64,000 nt of DNA, taken from contig OX597821.1 of assembly GCA_951406725.2 (NCBI GenBank), positions 79,422,001 to 79,486,000 on the forward strand. The letters run 5' to 3'. This stretch comes from Octopus vulgaris (Eukaryota). Position numbers and translations under genes: made by a program. This document shows positions 12,561 to 24,059 of this stretch, in pieces (the stretch's first letter is position 1; every line of letters starts with the position of its first letter). The notes below the pieces were generated by a model. It was given only the letters and a program-made list of their open reading frames with translations. It did no database searches and was not told where the DNA came from.

Positions 12561-14879
12561 TTAAGGATTATATATCCTTACACATACATACATATATACG
12601 TACAGACAAACAGACAGACCGACATGCATGCATTTATATGTACACACACATACATAAATACGTATATACATAAACACATAAATAGATATACATACTCATG
12701 TATATATAAATAAATACATACATGTAGGCGTATATATGTCCACACGCATATTACATACATGCATACATACATATCCACATTCGCACATAGATACATGCAT
12801 GAATACACACACATATATATACACATACGCACACATACATACATACATACATACATATATACACGCATACACATAAACACATCAAAACATACATACATAG
12901 ATATATACACATGTCCATACATGCATGTGCGTACAGGGACTCTTCATGTAGCCCATATCAAACAAAAAATATTCTTTTATAAACAAGACCCGAAATTCTA
13001 GGGGAGGAGCCAGTCGATTAGATCGACCCCAGCACGCAACTGAAACTTAATTTATCGACTCCGAAAGGATGAAAGGCAAAGTAGACCTCGGCGGAATTTG
13101 AAATCAGAACGTAAAGACAGACAAAATACCTATTTCTTTACTATCCACAAGGGGCTAAACACAGAAGGGACAAACAAGGACAGACAAACGGATTAAGTCG
13201 ATTATATCGACCCCAGTGCCTAACTGGTACTTATTTAATCGACCCCGAAAGGATGAAAGGCAAAGTCAACCTCGGCGGAATTTGAACTCAGAACGTAACG
13301 GCAGACGAAATACCTATTTCTTTACTACCCACAAGGGGCTAAACACAGAAGGGACAAACAAGGACAGACAAACGAATCAAGTCGATTGTATCGACCCCAG
13401 TCGGTATAGGACGGCGAGCTGGCAGAAACGTTAGCACGCCAGGCGAAATGCTTTGTGGTATTTCGTCCGCCGCTGCGTTCTGAGTTCAAATTCCGCCGAG
13501 GTCGATCCTTTCGGGGTCGATAAATTAAATACGAGTGACGCACTGGGGTCGATATAATCGATTAATCCGTTTGTTTGTCCTTATTTTTCCTCTCTGTGTT
13601 TAGCCCCTTGTGGGTAGTAAAGAAATATATATCGACCCCAGTGCGTAACTGGTACTTATTTAATCGACCCCGAAGAGAAGAAAAGCAAAGTCGACCTCGG
13701 CAGAATTTGAACTCAGAACGTAGCAGCAGACGAAATATCGCTAAGCATTTCGCTCGGCGTGTTAACGATTCTGCCAGCTCGCTGCTTTATATCAAAGGGA
13801 AAATATTAATAACAATTTGATATCCATGTTTCATAGACGGTTTGGAAGCCTTTTACGGGTCTCATGAATGTATCGCTCCCCAATGTCTCCTTTGCTATAG
13901 TTTCTATGACATGATCTCCTTCCTAACTCCAGTCACTTAACAGTAGGTATTGTTTGTTCCTTCTCCAGCCATGCCCGGCTCATAAGGCCCGGTTTTCCCA
14001 GAATAATTGGCATATAGTTTCCCTCCTGGACGGGACGCCAGTCCGTCGCAGCTGAGCTGCTCTGCTAGATACATGAAGAAAGAGTGAGAGAAATTTGTGG
14101 CGAAAGAGTCAGCAGAGGTTCACCATTACCTTCTGCTGGGGCCGCGAGGAGCTTAGAAGCGTACCATTTATGGATTCGAGGGTTTTATTTATTTGACACT
14201 TCAATTTTTTAATTCCACGGGAGTATAAATACCTATAATGGTGATACTGCGCGCAGGGTATGCATCAACTCTCACAAACACACTCATCGCCCTGTCTGAG
14301 ATGTGAACCCGTGATCCCTCGATCGCAAGTCCACTGCTCTAACCACTAGGCTATGTGCCTCCATGAATGTGAGTACAGAGTCTGTTTCTCATATCAGCAT
14401 TACTGACATCGAGAAAAGACCGGTGATACGGATGAGGAGTTGGGAGCAGGAGGCAGTTTTATAAGAGATGTGCGGTTTTAAGTATGACAGAAAAGGGCAG
14501 AATAGAATAGGGTTTTGTGTGTAGAGAAGTAATATGGCTACTCATGTTTTGGGAGGGAGAGTAGGATGGATTGGAAGGGAGTTGAAAGAGAGATAAGCCA
14601 ATGGCCCTCAATGTACGAGATAGCAACAAGGGAAACGGAGCAGGAGAGGTTATAAGGGGTGTATGAGAGTTTGATAGGGAATAGGTGAACGAGGGAATGT
14701 GATGAAGGAAGAGTTGAGGGAAAATAAGGAGAGAATATAGGGAGCTTGTGAGACAACAACGGAAATGGGGTAGATCTGAGTTATAGTGAATTATGGGTAA
14801 CAACACCAACATTTACTACAAACGTAGTTTCATTCCCTTATTTATATGTACAATATTTATTTCGTTTTTCAAATTTCAG

Positions 14880-14996
14880 ACATCAATGAATGTAAACGAA
14901 ACCCTTGTCCTTCTGATGCCACATGCTACAATTACCCAGGATCCTACTACTGTAGATGTAGACGTGGTTACCGATATGAGAATAAGAAATGTGTTG
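14880..14996 (+). CDS. cbEGF repeat exon 4
   Basis: tttcAG|...|GTAAGT; DINECKRNPCPSDATCYNYPGSYYCRCRRGYRYENKKCV. Confidence 0.92.
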
Positions 14997-15759
14997 GTAA
15001 GTAAAATTATATAAACTAAACATAAACGACAAACATAAACATTTTAAATCCACCTTAAATTTGTAAATAATTTGTGATGGTTGTTTAACCCTCGGTCAGT
15101 AGTGGTCCCGCATGTATAAGGTACGTTGTTGTTCAGCCGAGCTGAGTTGGTTTCCAAATCTATCTCTTTACTACCCACAAGGGGCCAAACATAGAGAGGA
15201 CAAACAAGGACAGACAAACGGATTAAGTCGATTATATCGACCCCAGTGCCTAACTGGTACTTATTTCATCGACCCCGAAAGGATGAAAGGCAAAGTCGAC
15301 CTCGGCGGAATTTGAACCCAGAACATAACGGCAGACGAAATACCTATTTCTTTACTACCCACAAGGGGCTTAACACAGAGGGGGCAAACAAGGACAGACA
15401 AACGGATTAAGTCGATTATATCGACCCCAGTGCGTAACTGGTACTTCTTTAATCGACCCCGAAAGGATGAAAGGCAAAGTCGACCTCGGCGGAATTTGAA
15501 CTCAGAACGTAACGGCAGACGAAATACGGCTACGCATTTCGCCCGGCGTGCTACCGTTTCTGCCAGATCGCCAAATCTTGGTGTATTCGAAACACTGCCT
15601 TTTAGTCAAACGAATTGACCCCAGGACTTATTCTTTGTAAGCCTAGTACTTATTCTATCGGTCTCTTTTGTAGAACTGCTAAGTTACAGTGACGTAAACA
15701 CATCAGCATCATTTGTCAAGTGATGTTGGGGGGGGACAAACACAGACACAGAAACATAT

Positions 15760-15840
<81 letters not shown>

Positions 15841-16138
15841 TACGACGGGCTTCTTTCAGTTTCCGTCTACCAAATACACTCACAAGGCTTTGGTCGGCCC
15901 GAGGCTATAGTAGAAAACACTTGCCCGAGGTGCCACGCAGTGGGACTGAACCCGGAACCATGTGGCTGGTAAACAAGCTCCGTACCACACAGCCACTCCT
16001 ACGCCTAAACATCCATCACTTTCATATTTCGTGTTGACCCTTATGTTGAGTGATACCTTCTGTGTAATTACTTACTCTGTTAAACGTTTATTTATTTATT
16101 TATTTATCTATTTATTTATTTATTTATTTATTTAACAG

Positions 16139-16255
16139 ATGTCAATGAGTGTAGCTATAGAAGAAGATGTGACCAAATCTGTATCAATACTCTCGGATCG
16201 TATTATTGCCGCTGTAGAAACGGTTATGAAATATTTAGGAAACGTTACTGCGTGG
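16139..16255 (+). CDS. cbEGF repeat exon 5
   Basis: tttaacAG|...|GTAAGT; DVNECSYRRRCDQICINTLGSYYCRCRNGYEIFRKRYCV. Confidence 0.92.
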
Positions 16256-16683
16256 GTAAGTATATCATTTCACAAAAGATTTTCTCCACTGACACACACA
16301 CATACACACACACAAGCGCATACACACACACAAACACAAACACACACACACATACAACGCGCATATACACACACAAACAGAAACACACATACTCATACAT
16401 CTTCACATTCTGATTTGTGTTTAACCTGCTCTTGAATGAGCCTTCCATTTTACCCACATATATCCTTATGTTCAACAACACACTCTCACATTCCGAGTTC
16501 ACTCTCCAACCATACACGATTGGTTCTATATTACATTTACTGTTTTTTCGGTATTTGACGTTACCTGTGCATGAGTCGACTCCTTCAGTGCTGTTTTAGC
16601 ATTTTTACTAAAATTTTCGCGTGATATGCAAGAAACTCGTATCACAACAATTTTGGAAAGATATGTATGGGTATTGGATGAAA

Positions 16684-17284
16684 CCTATTTCTTTACTACC
16701 CACAAGAAGCTAAACACAGAGAGGACAAACAAGGACAGACAAACGGATTAAGTCGATTATATCGACCCCAGTGCCTAACTGGTACTTATTTAATCGACGC
16801 CGAAAGGATGAAAGGCAAAGTCGACCTTGGTGGAATTTGAACTCAGAACGTAACGGCAGACGAAATACCTATTTCTTTACTACCCACAAGGGGCTGAACA
16901 CAGAGAAGACAAACAAGGACAGACAAACGGATTAAGTCGATTATATCGACCCCGGTGCGTAACTGGTACTTAATTTATCGACCCCGAAAGGATGAAAGGC
17001 AAAGTTGACCTCGGCGGAATTTGAAATCAGAACGTAACAGCAGACGAAATACCTAGTACTTTACGACCCACAATGGGCTAAACACAGAGAGGACAAACAA
17101 GGAGAGACAAACGGATTAAGTCGATTATATCAACCCCAGTGCGTAACTGGTACTTATTCAATCGACGCCGAAAGGATGAAAGGCAAAGTTGACCTCGGCG
17201 GAATTTGAACTCAAAACGTAGCGGCAAACGAAATGCCGCTAAGCATTTCGCCCGGCGTGCTAACGTTTCTGCCTGCTCGCCGCC
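16684..17284 (-). mobile_element. SINE family B trimer
   Basis: Tail blocks start at 16684, 16868, 17052; single complete head at the right end. Confidence 0.85.
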
Positions 17285-18027
17285 CCATATAAAGCATAAC
17301 AACAAATGGCACCTACTAGTGAAGTGCAGATCTATCTGAACATTAGTTGCATTTGCATACTATTTTACAGAGTAAGTAATTACACAGAAGGTATCACTCA
17401 GCGCAATGGTCTACTCGAAATATAAAAGTGATGGATTTTCATCTTGATCCCATAAATGTAAGTGTAGAATCAACTCACAGGTTTGATGCAGAATAAACAA
17501 AATGTCACCCTTCCCCAGATTGGTGTATATTGTTCCATACATTTAGGGTGCTAGTAGGGTGCCAAGAGCACCATCCGAGCGTGATCGTTGCCAGAGCGGC
17601 TACCTGGCTTCTGTGCCGGTGGCACGTAAAAGGGCACCATTCGAGCGTGACCGTTTCCAGCGTCGCCTTACTGGCACTTGTGCCGGTGGCATGTGTAAAA
17701 AGATTCGAGCGAGGTCATTGCAAGTACTGCCCGACTGGCCCCCGTGCAAGTTTATTCCAAAATACCCACTTCTTCCCTTACTTGTTCCTTCCATTTGTAG
17801 CAATAACAAGCAGTGCTTTCCCAACAGATTTCCCATGTTTTACATACCTTCATGGCTGCTCCCTGCACCAGTTTCGCATAGCCCCAGTCCATCCAAAGTA
17901 CCTTAGATTACCGAACGACCTGCTGTGCTTACCTTGGATCGTAAGGTGACCTACTGGGCTTGAGTAGACCTATTGAGTCAAGTACATCAACATCAAAATA
18001 AATACCAAATGGAAATTGTAGTTGCGA

Positions 18028-18278
18028 TACCTGTGCCAGTGGCACGTAAAAAGCACCATCCGAACGTGGCCGATGCCAGCTTCCACTGACTGGCCCCCGT
18101 GCCAGTGGCACGTAAAAAGTACCCACTACACTCTCGGAGTAGTTGGCATTAGGAAGGGCATCAAGCTGTAGAAACTCTGCCAGATCAAGACTGGAGCCTG
18201 GTGCAGCCATCTGGTTCGCCAGCCCTCAGTCAAAATCGTCCAAAACGGAAAACGGACGTTAAACGATGATGATGATGA
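18028..18278 (+). mobile_element. SINE family C with internal GTGCCGGTGGCACGTAAAAAGCACC repeats and (GAT)n tail; also 17560-17750, 19735-20042
   Basis: Repeated block ending GGACGTTAAACGATGATGATG. Confidence 0.7.
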
Positions 18279-18812
18279 CATTTTATTCCCCTGTACGTGT
18301 AAGCGAAAGCAGGGTATTGTAATCGCTCGTCGTTGTCTGTTTTATCTATGTGTTTTCAAAATTACTGGAAAACAGCTGAACGGCAGAAATACTCATTGGG
18401 TCGAAATGATGAGCTCTTGGATTGACTAACTTTAAAAAAAAGAAAAAACACTTTTAATCGAAGTTACAAATTTCCCGACAAGCCAGCAGTCGCATTATTT
18501 TTTTTCATTTTCTTTTTCATATCAATCAACTCTCGTAACTTTGCGTGTAGACACATGCTCGTACATATATGTATACGTACATACGTAAATATATAAATAG
18601 ACATGCGACTTTCTGTGCGTGTGTACGTGCGTGTGCGTATGCGCGTGAGAGCGTGCGTGTGTGTTTAGGGATGGATTCGAGGATTTTATTTATTTACCAC
18701 CTGAATTTTTTTTAATTCCACGGGAGTATAAATACCTACAATGGTGATACTGCGCGCAGGGCATACATCAACTCTCCGATTCCTTTATTTCATTTAAAAT
18801 TATGTATATTTC

Positions 18813-19021
18813 AGAAACACACAAAACCGTTAGATTCACTTCAACATTTAAATTTAAGTTGTCAAAATATTTTCGTCGCTTTGAGACCGCGAACTGTTCA
18901 CTGACAAAGCTTCGTGCTGCATCTCTTTGTCAGTGAACAGTTCGCGGTCTCAAAGGGACGAAAATATTTTGACAACTTAAATTTAAATGTTGAAGTGAAT
19001 CTAACGGTTTTGTGTGTTTCT
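18813..19021. repeat. 97-bp inverted repeat (1 mismatch, 15-nt loop)
   Basis: Arms 18813-18909 and 18925-19021; related copy at 53500-53925. Confidence 0.95.
18928..18974 (+). ncRNA. Type I HHR, G3-C8 variant (mirror copy 18860-18906 on minus strand)
   Basis: UGUCA-GUGAACA-GUUCGC..G(C/G)GAC-GAAA-AUAU-UU^UGACA; palindromic stem III AAUAUU. Confidence 0.6.
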
Positions 19022-19146
19022 TAAATGGCTTATAAACACCTTCCACGCTGCAATTGTTTTCGTTCCAGCACACGATCTCAGACCAAGTCACTCGCTATGC
19101 AAGTACATCTCCGTAATATATATATTTCTTTCCTCCTTATTTTCAG

Positions 19147-19382
19147 ACATCGACGAATGTAGATGCAACAATGGGGGCTGCCCTTTCCCCTATAGATGTA
19201 TTAACAAACCCGGACACCACTACTGTGAATGCCCCTTCGGTTTTACAGCTAAAGGGAAATTCTGTCACCTTACTGTGCCACAAAATAAACTGAACTTTAC
19301 TCTCCAAGACAAAAAATCAATTATACCAAGAGTAACACTGCCGGCTGTTCCTACAACTCCTGCATCGCCAGCCGCACAATAG
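19147..19382 (+). CDS. Terminal exon: cbEGF (7 Cys) plus Pro/Thr/Ala-rich tail and stop
   Basis: ttttcAG|; DIDECRCNNGGCPFPYRCINKPGHHYCECPFGFTAKGKFC...PASPAAQ*. Confidence 0.9.
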
Positions 19383-19667
19383 ACGAACTGGTCATAAATG
19401 GATGCTTCCTATTGTCTTCAATCGAGTCTGACATGGAATCTAAAAACGTCAACAGCAAAAACTATCACAACTATATTACACGTAACATAATCAAGTCCTG
19501 ATAATAAAACACATAACACCCTGATCGGAACATTTTCATATAATGTGACCTCAACACTAGACCATCTCCATGCAAGATCTCGTGATGACAATCCCATAAT
19601 CTCACTTTATATCATTGAAATGCCTTTATTTTATTGTTTTCATTTTATTAATTGAATTGATTACTCA

Positions 19668-19673
19668 AATAAA
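19668..19673 (+). promoter_or_regulatory. Candidate polyadenylation signal (alternative at 19503-19508)
   Basis: AATAAA followed by a GT-rich tract (TTTTTGTCTGTCTTT), just before repeats resume. Confidence 0.5.
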
Positions 19674-20753
19674 ACAATATTTTAATCACAAAAAAGTTTT
19701 TGTCTGTCTTTAGTGACTAAAAGCCAAGGGTAAAGATACCTGGCATCCGTGTGGGTGACACGTAAAAAGCACCAACAGATCGTGGCCGTTTGCCAGCCTC
19801 CTTTGGCCCCTGTGCCGGTGACACGTTAAAAGCACTGTCCGAACGTGGCCCCTGTGCCGGTGGCACGTAAAAAGCACCCACTACACTCACAGAGTGGTTG
19901 GCGTTAGGAAGGGCATCCAGCTGTAGAAACACTGCCATATCAGACTGGGGCCTGCTGCAGCCTTCTGGCTTCCCAGACCCCGGTCGAACTGTCCAACCCA
20001 TGCTAGCATGGAAAACGGACGTTAAACGATGATGATGATGATCTGTGTGTATTGTTGTCGCTTGTTTATTCTGGAGCCATGCCTGGCCCATAATCATTGG
20101 CGTGTAGATTCCCCCACCTGGACGGGACGCCGGTCCGTCGCAAGTGCAGGAGGAAAGGGCAAGAGAAAGTTGTGGGGAAAGAAGCAGAAGTTCGCCATTA
20201 CCCTCTGCCGCGGCTGTCTGGAGCTTAAGTGTTTCGCTCATAAACACAGACGTCGCTTGGGCTGAGATTCAAACACACGATCCCTCGAACGCGAGTCCGC
20301 TGCTCTCCACCTCTCTCTCTCGCTCTCTGTATATATAAATATATATATATACTCTTTTTACTCTTTTACTTGTTTCAGTCATTTGACTGCGGCCATGCTG
20401 GAGCACCGCCTTTAGTCGAGCAAATCGACCCCAGGACTTATTCTTTTGTAAGCCCAGTACTTATTCTATCGGTCTATTTTGCCAAACCGCTATGTGACGG
20501 GGACGTAAACTCACCAGCATCGGTTGTCAAGCAATGCTAGGGGGACAAACACAGACACACAAACATACACACACATATATATACATATATACGACGGGCT
20601 TCTTTCAGTTTCCGTCTACCAAATCCACTCACAAGGCTTTGGTTGGCCCGGGGTGATAGTAGAAGACACTTGCCCAAGGTGTCACGCAGTGGAACTGAAC
20701 CCGGAACCATGTGGTTCGTAAGCAAGCTACTTACCACACAGCCACTCCTACGC

Positions 20754-20851
<98 letters not shown>

Positions 20852-21069
20852 ATACAGCGTACATTCAAACACAAAAGAGATACCCAAAGAATAGGATATC
20901 TGACTCACTAGAAAGAGCAGTTAAACTCCAAGCCACTAATGAAATATTTTGGGGGCTAATTTTGGAAGAAAATCGGTAATATATTTGCGCGGTGGATTCG
21001 AAAAATTAGAACCTATAGCCACGTGGATGATTACATATAGCTCTGTGTCTATGTGTTCAGTCTTGGCAA

Positions 21070-21156
21070 CCTACTGAAGAAACAGCGCCAGGTATAGACT
21101 GAAAATATTTTATTTCAGTCTGTATTTAAGTCTGCAGAAACCTTGCAGGGTTTAGG
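21070..21156 (+). ncRNA. Type I HHR with long stem II, inside an insert with ~95-bp inverted arms (20846-20940 / 21205-21299)
   Basis: CCUA-CUGAAGA-[long hairpin]-GAAA-CCUUGCAGGG-UU^UAGG. Confidence 0.6.
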
Positions 21157-21795
21157 ATTCAGGTAAACGTCTTTAATTTTTCAATCACTTTCAGAATTAC
21201 AACAATTAGTGGCTTGGAGTTTAACTGCTCTTTCTAGTGAATCAGATATCCTATTCTTTGGGTATCTCTCTTGTGTTTAAATGTACGCTGTATTCTTCTT
21301 TGAATAATATATAGTCTACTGACTAATTTTTTCCTTCTCGCTAGACCACTAGTAACTAAGAATTTTTTCGATAAATATTCTTGCTACCCTAAAATTTTAA
21401 TTATATATATAGGCGCAGGAGTGGTTGTGTCGTAAGTAGTTTGCTAACCAACCACATGGTTCCGGGTTCAGTCCTACTGCGTTGCATCTTGGGCAAGTGT
21501 CTTCTGCTATCGCCCGGGGCCGACCAATGCGAGTGGACTTGGTAGACGGAAACTGAAACAAGCCTGTCGTATATATGTATATATGTTTATGTGTGTGTGT
21601 GTCCCCCTAGCATTGCTTGACAGCCGATGCTGGTGTGTTTATGTCCCCGTCACTTAGCGGTTCGGCAAAAGAGACCGATAGAATAAGTACTAGGCTTCCA
21701 AAGAATAAGTCCCGGGTCGATTTGCTCGACTAAAGGCGGTGCTCCAGCATTGCCGCAGTCAAATGACAAACAAGTAAAAGTAAAGTAAGTAAAGT

Positions 21796-21836
<41 letters not shown>

Positions 21837-21906
21837 TTCTTTCCTGAGCGTCCAATATACGATTTTTTTCCTCTGTCTTCCTACTCCGGATCTTTCCTTC
21901 TCCTAT

Positions 21907-21941
21907 GTTTCCGACGAAGAGCTCAGCTCGAAACATTAAAC
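21907..21941 (+). ncRNA. Minimal PLE-type HHR (decayed) in a pLTR fragment with a 110-bp-period direct repeat
   Basis: GUUU-CCGACGA-A-GAGC UCA GCUC-GAAA-CA-UU^AAAC; TCCTTCTTTCCTGAGCGTCCAATA repeated at about 21834 and 21944. Confidence 0.5.
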
Positions 21942-22030
21942 CCTCCTTCTTTCCTGAGCGTCCAATAATACTATATTTGTTCCACGTCCTCGCGTTGTTG
22001 TATTTTTATGTGCTTTCTTGTTTGGATTAA

Positions 22031-22106
<76 letters not shown>

Positions 22107-22108
22107 TT

Positions 22109-22536
22109 ATAAATCTCTGAACGAGATATAAACAGTAACCGCTCGACAACGTAAGGTGTACTAGCCATCTGAATGTGGCTAGCCACTGGGGGTGGGGTGC
22201 TACTGATGCTTTTAGCCCCAGGCGATCAACGTCACCAGATGGACTTTAGACACTATCTCAGTGCCCTTGTGTTATTTGCAAAGAGAGGTCATCCTCACTC
22301 GAAGACCTAGGTACTACATACGGACTATAGTTTCAAGGTAATTGGCTCTCGTCAACGCATGGTAAGCACCGGTCTTCGATGAAGGAGTCCCATCGCAAAT
22401 AATAATATATAACGTTTTTCACAGCAACCACTGTCACTGATTTAGAAAAACTGTCTGAAACCAATAATAAATCTCTGAACGAGATATAAACAGTAACCGC
22501 TCGACAACGTAGGTGTACTAGCCATCTGAATGTGGA
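22109..22536 (-). mobile_element. Diverged relative of the 360-bp unit, 1.2 copies (period 358)
   Basis: Shared blocks CAGTAAC.GCTCGA, AGCCATCTGAAT.TGGCTAG, TTTAGCCCCAGGCGA, GTTTCAAGGT; terminal repeat at 22109 and 22467. Confidence 0.85.
22317..22361 (-). ncRNA. Type I HHR (C3U variant)
   Basis: CAUGCG-UUGACGA-GAG CCAAUUAC CUU-GAAA-CUAUAG-UC^CGUAUG. Confidence 0.7.
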
Positions 22537-24052
22537 TTTTGTGGAAAACTTTAGTGTTTGTGGTCTTTAAAGTCAAGATGAGCAGTTATAAAAACCCTGG
22601 ATTTTGGTGAAAACTTTAGTGTTTGTGGTCTTTAAAGTGAAGTTGAGCAGTTATAAAAACCCTGGATTTAGGGGAAAAACTTAGTGTTTGTGGTCTTTAA
22701 AGTCAAGTTGAGCAGTTATAAAAAGCCTGGTTTTTGGGAAAACTTTAGTGTTTGTGGTCTTTAAAGTCAAGTTGAGCAGTTATAAAAACCCTGGATTTTG
22801 ATGAAAACTTTAGTGTTTGTGGTCTTTAAAGTGAAGTTGAGCAGTTATAAAAACCCTGGATTTTGGGGAAATCTTTAGTGTTTGTGGTCTTTAAAGTGAA
22901 GTTGAGCAGTTATAAAAACCCTGGATTTTGGGGAAAACTTTAGTGTTTGTGGTCTTTAAAGTGAAGTTGAGCAGTTATAAAAACCCTGGATTTTGGGGAA
23001 AACTTTAGTGTTTGTGGTCTTTAAAGTGAAGTTGAGCTTATAAAAACCCTGGATTTTGGTGAAAATTTTAGTGTTTGTGGTCTTTAAAGTCAAGTTGAGC
23101 AGTTATAAAAGCCCTGGATTTTATGGAAAACTTTAGTGCTTGTGGTCTTTAAAGTCAAGTTGAGCAGTTATAAAAACCCTGGGTTTTATGGAAAACTTTA
23201 GTGCTTGTGGTCTTTAAAGTCAAGTTGAGCAGTTATAAAAACCCTGGATTTTGGGGAAAACTTTAGTGTTTGTGGTCTTTAAAGTCAAGTTGAGCAGTTA
23301 TAAAAACCCTGGATTTGGGGGAAAACTTTAGTGTTTGTGATCTTTAAAGTGAAGTTGAGCAGTTATAAAAACCCTGGATTTTATGGAAAACTTTAGTGCT
23401 TGTGGTCTTTAAAGTCAAGTTGAGCAGTTATAAAAACCCTGGGTTTTGGTGAAAACTTTAGTGTTTGTGGTCTTAAAAGTCAAGTTGAGCATTTATAAAA
23501 ACCCTGGATTTGGGAGAAAACTTTAGTGTTTGTGATCTTTAAAGTCAAGTTGAGCAGTTATAAAAACCCTGGATTTTGGGGAAAACTTTAGTGTTTGTGG
23601 TTTTTAAAGTCAAGTTGAGCATTTATAAAAACCCTGGATTTGGGGGTAACTTTAGTGTTTGTGGTTTTTAAAGTCAAGTTGAGCAGTTATAAAAACCCTG
23701 GATTTGGGGGAAAACTTTAGTGTTTGTGATCTTTAAAGTCAAGTTGAGCAGTTATAAAAACCCTGGATTTGGGGGAAAACTTTAGAGTTTGTGGTCTTTA
23801 AAGTCAAGTTGAGCATTTATAAAAACCCTGGATTTTGGAGAAAACTTTAGTGTTTGTGGTCTTTAAAGTCAAGTTGAGCAGTTATAAAAACCCTGGATTT
23901 TGGGGAAAACTCTAGTGTTTGTGGTCTTTAAAGTCAAGTTGAGCAGTTATAAAAACCCTGGTTTTGGGGAAGACTTTAGTGTTTGTGGTCTTTAAAGTGA
24001 AGTTGAGCAGTTATAAAAACCCTGGATTTTGGGGAAAACTTTAGTGTTTGTG
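22534..24052. repeat. 65-bp tandem satellite, about 23 copies
   Basis: GGATTTTGGGGAAAACTTTAGTGTTTGTGGTCTTTAAAGT(C/G)AAGTTGAGCAGTTATAAAAACCCT. Confidence 0.95.
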
Positions 24053-24059
24053 GGATGCA

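Noticed and set aside
22534-24052. CRISPR-like array
   Set aside because: Contiguous 65-bp units with no unique spacers, no cas genes, eukaryotic context
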